A stretch of 64,000 nt of DNA from Phoronis australis (Eukaryota > Animalia > Phoronida), in the NCBI GenBank assembly GCA_002633005.1, contig NMRA01000981.1, positions 1 through 64,000 on the forward strand, given 5' to 3'. The position numbers and the translations under genes are program-made. Below, one piece after another: positions 37,560 to 51,539 of the stretch; the stretch's first letter is position 1; each line of letters begins with the position of its first letter. The notes beneath the pieces were generated by a model, which ran no database searches, was not told where the DNA came from, and was given only the letters and a program-made list of their open reading frames with translations.

Positions 37560-39116
37560 ATTTGGTGTTCAAAAAGGTACTACTATTGGTTTAGCTGATT
37601 GTTTGAGTAGATTACCTCACAATGGTGATGACAATTATGCTGTCATGGATGATGAACTGATTTTTGTAAGGTTGATTCTCCAGCAAAATGTATGCATGAT
37701 AAGATTGCTATGGCAACATGCGATGATGATGAACTGCATTGTGTAGTGTAGTTAATTTTCAATGGTTGGCCAGAACATAGGTCCCAAGTATTACTGGAAT
37801 TGCAGTGATCAATTGGCTACTTACAATGATATTGATTTCAGAGCAGGTAGGGTATGTCTTCCCAATGTGCTCCTTTGGCACAATCACATACAACTTTACC
37901 TCTGTCTCCGGTAGAAGAAATGCTGTTGTAGATTATATTTTACTGTAACTGACTAAAATTATCTGAAGAATTGTGTATCCCCTTCTATTACTAAGACTTC
38001 TGCTATTATTGTTATTATTGGCTATTCTATTCTTGTTTTAAGGTTTAAAGTTTAAAATTTCCATCGCCTGGTGTATGTTTATCAGGTATCGACACACCTA
38101 GTCTTTGCAAGATTTGAGAAATATGCCAAGTGATGGCATCATTGGGCCCCCAGTTCAATGACTAATGGGTAGACTTACCAAGGCATTATTGCCTACTTCA
38201 TGTGCATTGCTAAAATCTGAAGCAGTTAACCTTGATGAAGTGTGCTCACTACTTTCCAATTTATCAAATGTGACAAAAGAAGTAAAACAGGAATACTAAA
38301 CCATTGTCAGCGTTTAACAGTTCTGAATCTGAACAAGCTGTGCATATAAAAAATTAAGAGTGGTTGGGAATCAGCAGAATTGGTTAAACAGCATTCTGAT
38401 TCATCTTACTGCATCAAATCAGGTGATGAAGTGTGAGAGTATCGACAGAATCGCCAAATGTAACTGTCCACTACAGAATTTGCACATTCAGTAAAGCCTT
38501 ATTTGCCCAGCTCATTGCACCATCAAGCTAACAGACAACTATCTTACTCAACCAACAAGTGGCATTGGTAATGATTCACCAGAGGTTAACTAAAAACAAG
38601 GACAGGAAGGGAAATCAAAAAACCCTCTAGATTTAAGGATTATATAACTTCTTTGCAGTCAATAAGTTTGTATTGCTGAATATTGGTTTACAAGGATAGC
38701 AACGTTTTTAATTAGATTAGTCTGTTATGGTATGGTTAGATACTATTTGTTTACTGTCTTTGCATTTAGCTGACAATCTTGTTTAGTGAAACATTTGTTA
38801 TGATGGTAAATTGTTTATTGTGGATAGCAGTTGTTAATTTAGGTTTCATAGTGCTGCTTAATTGTTTCTGTTTTCAAAGAAAAGGGCTGTAGTAGTATTT
38901 TGGTTTGTACTGGAACTACACTTGCCTTATATGGCACAATTAGTTGGAGTAGTTTGTTACACAACTCTTGCCAAACAGTTCTATGAAATGTTAGTCATAT
39001 GCATGTGGACTTGTGTATTGCCAAAACCTGTTGCTGTACAATAGATAATCATTCCAAAATAAAGTAGTGTTTGAGTAAAGACTTCTTCTTCACGCCTCGC
39101 TCCACGGGACATTACA
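37560..39116 (+). mobile_element. Decayed Ty3/Gypsy pol 3' end, polypurine tract and 3' LTR
   Basis: KGTTIGLADCLSRLP (RNase H end), ATCDDDEL...NGWP, KTRTGREIKKPSRFKDY (integrase tail); PPT AAAGAAAAGGG at 38876-38886; LTR TGTAGT...ATTACA at 38888-39116. Confidence 0.82.
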
Positions 39117-41227
39117 ACTGTGTTTCCAGAAATTAAAAACGCACAAAAAGCGCCTGCCAGAAGACTTTTTGAAATTGCTTAACCCAGATACTGCTGTTAA
39201 ACCCATTCTCAATTGCACTAGTTACAATTCGGTTTGTCCACTTTTAACAGCCCAAGGTTGTCAATGTAAAAAAAAATCGTATGGTGACTAAGAACATCAC
39301 GTATGACAATTCAGGGTTCAGAAGTAAAACAACCCTAGAGTTTTCTAAAAGCGCGTGTGGCGATCAGAAAACTGGAAAATTAAGATAAGTTGATTTTTAA
39401 GGTAACGCCAAACTTCAATCGTAGCACTGCACATTTAGCTAACTAACAACATAATCATATAATTTTACTCCCTAAAGGTATTAGATTTTCTTACAGAAAC
39501 TCTTTAGATTCTGATTTTTATAATATCTGTCTGCCATTAATCGGGACACACGACCGTGTTTTTATTCAATTTAGCCAAAAAAAACGAAGTTACATCCGTA
39601 GCAAGCAAGTTACGATCATTAACGTGATATGAATGTCCGAAGTTAGTCAAATTTGGACATTTTTGTAGGGTTCGACATAACCTTAAATAAATCATAAAGA
39701 AAACTTACCAGTATGTTGGTTCTGTAGTAAACGATTTGTGAAATCTCATAAGCTGTGTGTCGATTTGGATGATCTCTCGCTCTTTTAAAGCAAAAGCCCG
39801 AAACAACGCTACCAACTTTCAACCAATAGCAGTTTCCACAGAGTAAATTACGTTGTCACCCTCCAGTTGGTAGGCGTGGCTTATTGTGATGACGAGTACC
39901 TCTTCTTGACATTTTGGTGCTGCCTGTCGAGCTAGAGTTTATTCACGGACGTAAACCGAGAACGAGAAATTGGTCAAAAAACGCGTAGTTTGAATCTTTG
40001 GATGGCATCATATGAAATAGTTTGAAAAAATCCGTTTTCTTTTGGATCGAGGTGCAGGACCCTTTTATCGGGTGGTCAAAAACATATTCAATGTGAAATT
40101 TCATATCTCCGCAACCATGAATATCGAACAAATAGCGACTGCCCTAAAAATCAAAAGTGCACTGAAAAACTGCAATGCCAAAATGACAGGAAGCCTCAAT
40201 ATATGTTGTGCAACTTACTGCAGACAAAAAGTGACCTTATCATTCTTATAAGTTTTGTGACATCTAGTACTTTATCATTTATGTCATTTATTTAACATAT
40301 ATCATTTAGATTATGATACAGATACATTTCTTGGGTTAACTGTGCACATGCAAATAATACTGTATGAGAAATATTAATAGAATTGTGTAGTGGCTGTTGG
40401 GTAATGAGTTCAATCGTATGCTGGCAAGGTATTCCCCACGTAGCAGATATAAACACTTTGTTGGAAACACGTCGTGCAAAAAGTGTAAAATTGTGGTTGA
40501 CCATCATGAAAATGGGAGCTTTAGAATTTGGACACGTTTTTGGCCACCCAACACGTGTGTTCAGGGGACCGTTTTACTAGCAGCAATTTGTGTACATCCT
40601 CGCCTCATCATTGTACACGTATCATGGGTATTTTAATCTCTTGTCTTCCGCGAAACTAGCGAGCAGGTGACGGGCCAAATAAATATCAAACAACAAAAAA
40701 TGCACAAAAAGTTACACAAAATTTTCACCCGCTTAAGCATGATTTCTGACGAGGATATCAAGTTGTCAGTTTGGCAAAAGTATTTAATTAACTGCTTCAC
40801 AAGCAGTGGCGCTATTGACCGGCGCTGTTGCGAAAAAAAGAAGATTCTATACCGAAAGTTTAAGTAAGCTGCCAAGTTCAAGCTGGTTCTGATTTCTCGT
40901 TCTTTGAATTTGAATATGAAAACCTGGAATGTGGAATATGACAATGATTATTTAAATAATGCATACGTAAATAAAGATTCCCCTAACACCTGGCCGTGGG
41001 ATAGAAAATTGCGTTATTGTTTCACAACAGTTTCTGTCAGAAACGACTGAATTAGCGTGCGATCACACGGCCTCGGTGTCCGGTCAATAAGTTTTATTGC
41101 ACCTAAAGCCGGTTACGCAGTGATTTATTCATTGCTGGCTTTGTCTCAAATCATTTGCACGCACGAACACTCCAAAGGCATTACAACTTGCATCTAATGA
41201 GATGGACTTTGGTTCGCTTTTTCAATT

Positions 41228-43620
41228 TTCAACGGGTCCTAATTTGACAGCTGTGATAAGATTAAACCTTTTGATCAAGGAATAGGAACATTCGATGTAG
41301 CATTTTCAAGAAGACGGGCCTGTAACTTTTTCAAACCCTAAGTTTTTCGCGAAAATGAAAAGGGAAACGATGTCTTTAAGATAAAGCAATAGAATCCTGA
41401 ATTTATCAGGACACTTTTTACTCTTTATAGTTGAGAAAATATTGTATATATAAGTTATCACCATCCTTCGATTTTAATGCGACGAGCAAAAGTTGTCGAG
41501 GCCACCTTACGAACGGTTTCCCGATGACGTCAGATTTCAAAATGGCTGCCTACACGAACGAGCTAGTTGATGGTTGTAGGTTGTCAAATCAAAATCTGCC
41601 TCAAATACGTGGATTACAGCGAGAAGTTTTGGCCATATAAGAAATTTCACAAGGTAGAACAAGTATGTATGATTTGATTGCATTTACCTTCCTTATTTTT
41701 TGAGTTATTTGCGAGAGTACGTTCACTTCCGGGTTCACATCAGCTCATCGGCACCGCTTCTTCAGTAGACCAAGTATTAAATTAAATTACAAATGTTTGG
41801 CAGCTGGGCTCGTTTTAGTGGGGGGAGGGGGAGAAGATGTGACAAAGATGAATGTAGGTTATGCGTGGGTCGTCAGATTTCTAATTGATTTGCCAAATTT
41901 CGTTGAATTAAGCCATTTTGCCTTCACTGTCTGACCCTGTCAGTAACAATGCTGGTTGTGACATACAGCACACATCACGAATTTTTGTCCGACCAGTCGG
42001 AAATTGGTGGACGACTGGTCATCTAGCCGACCAACAACGGTCGGCTGGGAGTCGTCTGCTGAGTCGCCTCTGTGGTCAGCACTTGGGTCGGCTAAGTGGT
42101 CGCCTAGCGTAGACGACCAATTCGGATTAAGCGTGTCCTTGGTCGGCAAGTACCATTTGATGACTTAGCAGGTGAACTTTGGCCAAACAAACATTTAGCT
42201 GTTCGCAGTTCTTTCACTTTGGAAAAACGTGAACGACCAACTGATAAGGGCCTATTTGTACATGTAACTAGCCCAGATTTTAACGTCACCAATGCATGAA
42301 AACGGAATACGCAAAGCTACAATTGGCTGTAGCCTCAACAGTGGTCATTCCCTGTTTGATGTCACTGTCTAAGTTCGTGGAAATCGTAACCATAGTATGA
42401 TTTCGAAGTTAGAGCCATCGAAGTCCGTGGGTTTAGGGCATACTGGACCGTGAATTTTGAGTCTGTACTGCAAGGGTCAATACTATGAAAATAAAATCTC
42501 CTTTAGTGAGAGCTCTTCGTGGTGTAACAACTCACTCACTATCATCATGGGCGCGTGATAGGATACCCGTGAATAACTTTAAAAACGCAAAGAGATGCAG
42601 TTTGCGTTACAGAAACAAAATCAATTGTGGGCAAAGACTGTCAAAAATAGCTGCGTTTATAAAATGACTACAACATTGTATTGACCGGGAAGCAGCCAAT
42701 CTAATGCAATTTTTTAATGTCACGAGTCAAATTAAAGAACAAATGTAAAGAAAACTTTCACGTTTTTATCCAAAACTTGTTGCATTGTCCATAATCCAAG
42801 GTTTACTATTACCGCTTACCTTCAACCTTCGAATTAGTGGTGTTACACAACCGATGTGAACTCATGTAACCGAGACAGTAAAACTAGGTTAATTTATTTG
42901 ACCCTGTGCTAAGACGAATATGCATCGACACGCAAAGTGGTATCAGCAAGTGCTACAATAGCCGACCAGCTGGTCGGCTGATGGCCTGTCGGCTGGGGGA
43001 GTCGCCTTATGAGTCAGCACTGTGGGACTAATTTTTTGCCGAACAGTCGGCTAATTTGACGACCGGTCGACAGCCAGTCGTCGACCAATTTCCGACCGGT
43101 CGGACAAAAATTCGTGATGTGTGCTGTAAAAGCCTAAAGTCGCAATTGAGCTATTTTTAAACGCTCTAGTTCTTCACAATTTTTTTCTGAATACTAAGTC
43201 ACCGATATGCACTGATGCATTTCCATGTCTGTGATCAGGTTGATCTCTCATGTCCACATATAGTTACGCAGTGTGGTAGTTTAAGAGATTGTTCTGAAAC
43301 CCTCTCAACCCCCACACCCCTCGACCCCCACACCCCTCGACCCACGACGCCCTCAAAACCAGGTTTGGCTCCGTCGGGTAATCGACTCAGAATCAGCTTC
43401 GCTTGGTCTGTACAGCTGCACAAACCAGTACTCAACTAGCAGAAGCCACACATTTCAAATGCACTATAAACAATGCGTATATACCGTACTACGCTAAAGC
43501 CAGTTTCAAAAATTATTAGTCAAACAAACACTTTCTCCCTATGCCCGAGTTATGGTGGGGGTATGCCGGCCACCTGGCGATTTCATTGATGTTGACCCCA
43601 AAATTTTGCCCCTATCCCGG
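41228..43620 (+). repeat. Copy 1 of a local interspersed repeat; other copies at about 45055-46470 and about 56950-57762 plus 59593-59748
   Basis: Shared GTGATAAGATTAA...GTAGCATTTTCAAGAAGACGGGC...TGACGTCAGAT.TCAAAATGGCTGCC...GAGAGTACGTTCACTT in all three copies. Confidence 0.9.
41966..43126. mobile_element. 1.16 kb non-autonomous DNA transposon with long TIRs and a TA TSD
   Basis: TA|CAGCACACATCACGAATTTTTGTCCGACC...GGTCGGACAAAAATTCGTGATGTGTGCTG|TA. The empty site GACATAAAAG is in the paralogous copy near 46085. Confidence 0.9.
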
Positions 43621-43839
43621 GTTACGCATTTCATTGATTTCGACCTAAAAATTGGTAGGGATTCTCACCCCTTCCCATGTGCCGGCTTCGTGGGCATTTT
43701 GTTGAGCAAGACCTTTTGGTAAAAATATTAACATAACTTGTAGCTTGTGGGTCAAGGGGGGTATGGGTCAAGGGGAGTTGTGAGTCAAGGTGGTCGTGGA
43801 TCGAGGGCTGTGGGGGCCAAGCGGGTTTCAGAGCAATCC
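43285..43839. mobile_element. TIR element with C-rich/G-rich subterminal repeats (possibly Kolobok-like)
   Basis: TTAA|GAGATTGTTCTGAAACCC...GGGTTTCAGAGCAATCC. A left-half copy starts near 46248. Confidence 0.55.
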
Positions 43840-46800
43840 TAGTTTAAGTTTATTATTTCGGTGTTGTTGATGTTTCTTGTTTGTACTCTTGAGGCCCTTT
43901 CATATTCACAAGGACGCGTCAATGTTTTGGGGAGTTGCAGTCAGTATGAATGGTTAACTTCCTTCTTGGACCGAAGTTAACAGTGCTAGTTAACTTCGCA
44001 ATAAAGAAGTGGATTTAATTGCAGAGCGTCGGCGTTACGCTGCTGTATGAATGGTCAACTTCGGTCCCATCAAAGTTATGGCCCAGAGCCATTGTTATTG
44101 TCAACAATTAATGTGATTGATTCCTCATTTACAATATTCTTTAACATACATAGACAGATGGACAGTTTATTTAGCCAGTCGCAATGCAAATATTTATGCA
44201 TCCGCAAAAGTCATTCCTGCTTATAGTAGCCAAAGGTAAACAACTAGACTAACATGTTACTGAGACTATTGGCATAATAGCTATGATTACTTGCGGATAT
44301 CAAAACATGGAGTCTCTTGCAGGAAAGCCACATACAACTAGTTAGTCAAAAATAAAAAGTAAGCGTTGGTTTCAGCAATTTATCTCACTACGTGAGCAAA
44401 GCAACAACCTGTTGCTTCTATCAGCAAAATGATTATCTATCTTCGTACAATGTGTATACTGTAAACTTGCGGGTTAACACCCTGGGCGCTTAAATTAGGA
44501 AACCCTGAGACAGGGGCTGGGCAGTTACCCAAGCAGCGGTTGCTTAAACAGAAAAATTGGCAAAAAGTAGAGGGTAGGTGATTACTCAAGCAGTTGCTGA
44601 CCTTCCATTTATTCAAATTGATGAAATACTCTTGTGTTTCCCAGGGTAAGAAATGTTGTTGCCATGGTGCCCTTATTACTTACATCCACAATTTATTGGA
44701 GTGTGAAACCTCCTAAGTGAACAGTTATTCTGCAGTTTTTGAGATGCTATTTGAGATCTTATTTGGGGTCATCAATAAGAAAAATGTTGTAGTTGGCAAT
44801 TTATAAACCTCTAAAAAGAAAATGACAATTTAAACATATCAACATTTCTAGATAATATAAATTTGTTGAATAGAAAAATTGGGCAAACCAACTCTGGATG
44901 AGAGGCCCTTGTCCGGAGAATTCTACAACTCTTGTCTTCAAATAGTTTTCTCCAACTCTTACTTTCGCCACTCATTTCTCTTTAGTCTTCACTTATTGAC
45001 AACAGTTTCTACTAATTTAATTAAACAAATTCGGCACTGTCAACAATTGATGCGAGTGTTTCGGAACAAACAACATTTTATATTACAAATTACGATATCG
45101 AATCCTCTAACTGATTAAATAATGTTGTTCAACATAGCTTTTTAACTGTAAGATTCTGAATTGATTGGCTTGATATCATGTAAGCATAAGCCTTAATTTC
45201 TGATTATTGAAATCACAAAACGTATAAACGATAACTTTGGTTAATTTATATCCGGAGTTTTTTAGACGTGGCTGCCATGGAACTGTTATCTGCATACATC
45301 TTTATGCGACATTCATATGTACGACAAATTCCATTTTCAACGGGTCCTAAATTGACAGTTGTGATAAGATTAAGCCTTTTGATCAAGGAATAGGAACATT
45401 CAATGTAGCATTTTCAAGAAGACGGGCGTGTAACTTTTTCAAACCCTAAGCTTCTCCCAAAATTGAAAAGGGAAACGATGTCTTTAAGATAAAGCAATAA
45501 AATCCTGAATTTATCACGGCACTTTTTACTCGTTATAGTTGATTAAATAATGTGTATATAAGTTAATCACCGTCCTTTCATTTTAATACGAGGAGCAAGA
45601 GTTGTGAATGGATTCCATTCTCCAAAAGTTGTTGCTTACGGATGGTTTGCCGTTGACGTCAGATTTCAAAATGGCTGCCTTTAACATGGACGAGTTGGTT
45701 TTCCTAGTTTGACTACTCAAAATCTGTCCCAAATACGTGGTTTGCAGGCAGAAGTTTTGGCCAGATAAGAAAATGGTCAAGGTAGAACAAGTATGTATGA
45801 TTTGATTGCATTTACCTTCTTTATTTTTTGAGTTGTTTTCGAGAGTACGTTCACTTTTAGGTTCACATCAGGTCATTGGCATCACCTCTTCAGTGGACTG
45901 AGTTGCCGCTGCATTAAATTACGAATATTTCCAAATGTACGCCAGCTGGGGTCGTTTTGGTGGTGGGGTAGATGTGGCAAAGATGCATGTAAATTATGCG
46001 TGGACCGTCAGATTTTTATTTGATTTGCCAAAGTTCATTGAATTAAACCATTTTGCCTTCACTTTCAGTAAAAATGCCAGCTGGGACATAAAAGACAAGT
46101 CGCAATTGAGCTCTTTTTATACGCTCTAGACTTCTTCGCAAATTTGCTTCTAAATATTAAGTCACTGATATGCACTGATGCATTTCCGTGTCTGGGATCA
46201 GGTTGTTCTCTCGTGTCCACATATAATTACACGCAGTGTGATAGTTAAGGGATTGTTCTGAAACCCTCTCGACCCCCACAGCCCTCCACCCACGACGCCC
46301 TCAAAGCCGGTTTCGGCTCCCATCAGGTTATCAACTCGCAATCAGCTTCGCTGGGTCTGTACAGCTGTACAAACCAGCACTCAACTAGCAGAAGCCACAT
46401 GTTTCAAATGCACCATAAACAATGCGGTGTTTCATTGATTTTGACCCAAAAATTTTTGCCCCTATCCCGGTGTATGAAAACCTCTTTCAAACACAATTCT
46501 GTGTTACGGTTTTACATGGGTTTATTCTAGAAATCTACAAGATACATCTATTCACTACCTCTCAACTAAAAACTTGTTTGTCAGAACTAGAGATCATATG
46601 GTTGTGAGTCATAATCAGATTTCAGAGAATTGGTTTGCACAACTTTTGCAATCTATGATTGTAGCTACCCGTGCCATATAAGGTTATGTTTTGAACTCTG
46701 CAATTCTAGTGAAAACCATAAACATAATATCCTCCTTTCTCTGAAAGTTCTTGCTCATGGTCCAGTCAGCCACAGTACATGTCATCCAGTGGTGCCCTGA

Positions 46801-47117
46801 TTAATTAATTAAAATATATGTCTTTAGTTTATCATGAGACACAAATTACAGCATACTAACAAATTAGTGTAAACAATCTGTTGAGTTCCATTAGGGGATA
46901 GCCTCAGTGTTCTGGAATCAAAACAAACAAAAGCTACTAGTGGATCATCCTAGTAAACAGTAGAAACTAGCTTCTAAATGTCATCCAGTCAACTCTGGGT
47001 ATACTATCAGAGTTACAAAAAAACAGTAATTGGTATTATTCTGACCAATTTCCTCACTGTGTGTATCTCACTGGTGGTTTAATCACTCTCCCAAATCTGG
47101 TTGTCACAGGCAGGTTA

Positions 47118-47363
47118 TAAAATAAAAAAAAAATAATTGCAGGTGGTCTGATACACGTTGTACCAGACGTGCGCAGGCCTCGCATGTGGGCCCATTGCAC
47201 TGATCACCTGGAAATATTTTTATGCTTTATTAATATATGGTTAAAACCGAGCTGAGGAGCTAGAAACCTGGCTCAAGGGTTTAGCAGTGTGACCTGGTGG
47301 GACTCGAACCCACGACCTCGAGTAAAGAAAGTGGGCACTTATCAACCAGGCCACACTGCCTCC
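47118..47363 (-). mobile_element. tRNA-derived SINE, 246 bp, with a 14 bp TSD
   Basis: Head GGAGGCAGTGTGGCCTGGTTG (A box)...GGTTCGAGTCCC (B box), T-rich tail, TSD TCACAGGCAGGTTA at 47104-47117 and 47364-47377. Confidence 0.92.
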
Positions 47364-47487
47364 TCACAGGCAGGTTAGGTATTACTTCACTTTTGATGGT
47401 GGTGTGTGGGTTGCAGTTTTCTTTGATGGACGTTTCATCAACAATGAAAAACTGTCATCAATACATTCCCATAGCAATTAGTTCTAA

Positions 47488-47970
47488 AGGCCCTTTCATA
47501 TTGACTTAACTCCGGTCTGAGGGGAGCGTCGACGTAAACAGCGCAGTTAACTGGACCGTTCATACTGCTTTCGGAAGTTAATGAACATCGAAGTAAACGG
47601 GAGGTGACGTTGTCGTCATCGAAGTTATTGCAAGGTAGCGCTGCACGCTAAGATTTTTTTCAGTGTGACAATTTGGGAACATTTACATGTGCTCACTGAC
47701 ATTAAACTTATTTCTAAATCGATTGGTTATTATAAGAGCAAAATATAAGCAGCTATTAGTGATGGCACTACCCTGTAATTGTTGACAATATCAGTGGCAC
47801 CTGGCGATAACTTTGATTGGACCGAAGTTAAGCGTTCATACTGCACCGCAGCGTCGACGCTGCAGTCTTAAATCCACCTTTTAACTGCGATGTTAACTGG
47901 AGCTGTTAACTGCTGTCCAGGATCAGGAGTTAAGCGTTCATACTGACCGCAACTCCTCAAACCATCGACA
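47488..47970. repeat. GGCCCTTTCATA-starting DNA element fragments; related pieces at 43893-44110 and 49345-49530
   Basis: Shared GGAGTTGC.GTCAGTATGAA...GAAGTTAACAG, in direct orientation at 43.9 and 49.4 kb and inverted at 47.8-47.97 kb. Confidence 0.6.
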
Positions 47971-48689
47971 TGTCAAAATTAGCATCAAAGGCTCACCAAT
48001 CATTAACTTGCCTGAGCAGCAGGGAAACTAATAAATGATCATAAGCTGCCATAAAAACAGTGCAATATCACTTGCAAGTTATATGTTATATCTTTGTACT
48101 ATCACACCAGAAGCTTTTGATACATCATATCGAACACATGTATTTTTCTCTACTTTGGGGATCGACAATTACTCATGAAGTGGGCACTTAAACCGAAAAT
48201 TGACAACAGAGGGGAAAAAGATCAGCAAGGCAATGTTGGTTACATGTTGGTAGAAGTTGGTCATCCACTGCTCAATCAGAACGCGTTTCTACAACCAACA
48301 TTGACCAAAATTTGCCAACATTCGAAGCAAATGTCATGTGGGTTACCAATATTCGTCACGTGAACGACCAACATTGACCAAAATTCCCACCAGCTGGTAA
48401 CTTTTGATGAGTGTTTACCGCTAGGTGTCAGCAGGGGAAAAATTAATGTCGGCTGCGTTTTGTAGACCAGGAAAGACTGACAGACTGATTTTCCTGTATT
48501 TACGGAAATTAATTGACTTTTGTGACAGGAATTCTTTGCAGATCGCCGACACAGTTTGTTCAAGACAATGGCTAGATCGGCGCTTCGCCAGCTCGGCCCA
48601 CCTTGGCCCGTGAAACTGACCCAGCAGTCAATGAAGGTAGGCCTAATCATTCATATGTTCGTAACTTGTTGATTTTCTAACTGAGAACC

Positions 48690-49220
48690 ACTTTTTTTAT
48701 TAACCCCAGCATCGTTCCGTATACCCTTTGTTGCATTCTAAGGACAGTTAGACCATTCTGCCACCACGTTTGCAGAACATGTTTGAATGTTTGTATTTCA
48801 GTGAAGGGAGCAATTAAAGTTGTCAGGTATCATATCTTGAGTCCTTGTAAGTTGTTTGGTTTCTGTCATCACCACAAAATTAACCTTAAACAGTCTGAGT
48901 TCATGTCCTGGTCACTTTAGAGAGCAACTTTTTATTAACCCCAGCATCCTTCCTTATACCCTTTGTAGCATTCTAAGGACAATGCTCTATGTTTTGTTCA
49001 TTTACGTCAATCGGTTAGACCATTCTGCCACCACGTTTGCAGAACATGTGGTTGAATGTTTGTATTTCAGTGGAGGGCAGAAATTTTGCTTTTCCTGAAA
49101 GTTACCTTTTTAGCAATTAAAGTTGTCACTATCATATCTTGAGTCGTGTAAGTTGTTTGGTTTCTGTCATCACCACAAAATTAACCTTAAACAGTGTGAG
49201 TTCATGTCCTGGTCACTTTA
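48690..49220 (+). repeat. Local tandem duplication of about 0.25-0.3 kb
   Basis: TTATTAACCCCAGCATC...GTTAGACCATTCTGCCACCACGTTTGCAGAACATGT...GAGTTCATGTCCTGGTCACTTTA occurs twice. Confidence 0.9.
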
Positions 49221-49534
49221 CACAAGCGTATCCTGGGCATATGCAAACCATTTTAAGTACAAATTCGGGTGATTCCTTTAAATATCGGTTTTCTACCAAA
49301 CTCTTATTTTAATACTATTTCATTTTTGTCCATAATTCATTAAAGGACCTTTCATACTAACGTTGACACGTCGATGTTTTTGGGAGTTGCGGTCAGTATG
49401 AACAGTGAACTACAGTTTGGTCCTGGATTGAAGTTAACAGCTTCAGTTAACTTAAGTAAACATATGGTTTTCACAGTGGAGCATTCATGCTGCAATATGC
49501 GGTATGAACGGTGAACTTTGGTTCCATCAACGCT

Positions 49535-49995
49535 TCTTTCAGTCTGTACTTTGGTAGTGGTAGATCCATGGGGATCGCATAGGGTCGGCCATTGACTCGT
49601 AGGCACTGAACGCATTTTCGTAGCTCAGACTTGACAATCTGTCGAATTCTTGGTATCCAGTATTGTTGTCTGACTTGAGTAATTGTAGACGCAGTTCCAG
49701 CATGTTTTAACAAATCGTGTGCATGTTTGATGATGGGAATAGAGAATCTGTCGTCAGGAGGAAGTAACATCGGATGGGATATTTGCATTCTCAGTTGGAT
49801 TCTATGAAAGATTAATCGGTATAACGAAATCAGCAATGAAGTAAGTGCTCGGGAAATCATGTGTAACGCTGGACGAACGTGTCACTGTCCTGACAGAAAT
49901 AGAATCTGTCATCAACAACAGACCATTAACATATGTATCAAGTGATAATGACGACCCAACCCCGCTTACTCCATCGCATCTGATCCATGGACTAC
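49535..49995. pseudogene. BEL/Pao LTR-retrotransposon integrase fragments in opposite orientations
   Basis: Minus strand, about 49790-49535: HPMLLP...HAHDLLKHAG...VRQQYWIPRIRQIVKSELRKCVQC...PLP (HHCC zinc domain). Plus strand, about 49795-49995: GFYERLIG...LTEIESVINNRPLTYVSSD...PLTPSHLIHG. Confidence 0.9.
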
Positions 49996-51539
49996 AACAC
50001 TACCCCGCCAGTTTACAGACGAAATTAACTTCATGCGAATTCATGACACATTTTCCTATCTACAACTTGTGTCACATAAGTCCCCTCCACACACAGCCTA
50101 CTCTAAAACAACTTTCACTAGTGCAACTTACCTCACTTTTGCAATAGAAAACCTGTCTACATGTAATCGCAGGTGATAATTACTTCCGCCCTACCCCACT
50201 TTTCCAGCCACGCTGCAGTTACAAGTGGTGCATTAGTTGCCCTAAAACAAGTAACCTCACTTCAATAATGTGGAGTACCCAAAAGTTCTTGTTCCTGGAG
50301 TAACTTTTTCTAGGATAAGTCTGTATGTGAACAGCACTATAGACAATTACCTGTGTTGTTATTTGGCATTGCTCAATATTTTTGTTGCTGTATACACTTT
50401 ATTTCACTACATGGATATATATTGAATAACTTGATTCATTTGCTTTGTGATGAAAATGATGATAATGGGTCTGGTGCTCTCAAGTCCTCTCCCTATTATG
50501 ATAGTGATTCATTTAGAGCTTATGCTGCTGACCTTCCATTATAATTTCAAATTGATAAAACACTTGTGTTTCCCAGGGTAAGAAATGTTGTTGCCATGGT
50601 GCCTTTATTACTTACATCCACTATTTATTGAATTGTGAAACCTCCAAAGTGAACAGTTATTCTGCAGTTTTTGAGATGCTATTTGAGATCTTATTTGGAT
50701 CTATTTTTAAATATGTCTGATCATTTACCTAATATTCCCTTTTGTTTTTTGAGAACATTACAAAAAGCAAAAGCACCCGAAATTGTTTACAAAAATTTCA
50801 TTACAGTTTAGCCCTACAATTAAGCGCATGCGCCTGTATGCGAATCACTGCGTATTTTTGCAAGATTTTTTACTGAAATGTCAGGCATATAGGCGCATGC
50901 GCCTAAGGTGGCACTGAACATTTAGGCTGTTAGGCTGCAGGCATTTTCTAGTCCTTAGAATTTAAATACAGGATGTTTGTCACATTTGGCTGGAGGTTTG
51001 AGGAATTTGTAGAATAAAATTGCCAGGTAACGGATTTACTTGTGTTGTTGAATAAGAAAAGCCAATTTTTTGTAGCCATGACCTACTTTCCATGCAAAAT
51101 AGTGGCTTGCTTTCAACCCCTGTGCGATTTCAGGTGGCTGTCAGACGGATCAAAATTGCGAAAAAAAGTAGCTGGAAAGGGGCGTACTATGACCGCATTT
51201 TTAGAATTTAAAGAAAACGAGCATTCTGAATCTGTTGTCAGATTTTTTTATCACTGGCAGGGAGGTAGAAAATTTGAGGAGAAACTGTAAAAATTGGGGG
51301 TTTTGTCCAATTTTTGTGTGCCGGTAATTTTTCCTGATGTGAATTAGTCGATTAAAAATCTGTAGCAGAATTAAGTTTCAGTTATCATGAGCAGTGCTTT
51401 TGAGTTGGGAATGCCAAAAGTCTTTTGTTGTTTTCAGAATCTCGAAAAGGACGTGAGATAAGGACTCGTCTCCACTTGGGTGTGTGTGTCGGCGGCCAAA
51501 ATCCTGTTGTAACTGTAGTGTGCCTTTTAAACCAGATTG

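Noticed and set aside
34961-39850. Candidate 5' non-coding exons or promoter of the SET-recombinase gene (minus-strand donors at 34966 and near 39708)
   Set aside because: Donor-like hexamers alone are too weak without transcript data.
50821-50905. Inverted pair of GCGCATGCGC (NRF1-like) palindromes
   Set aside because: No linked gene start; more likely a small repeat fragment.
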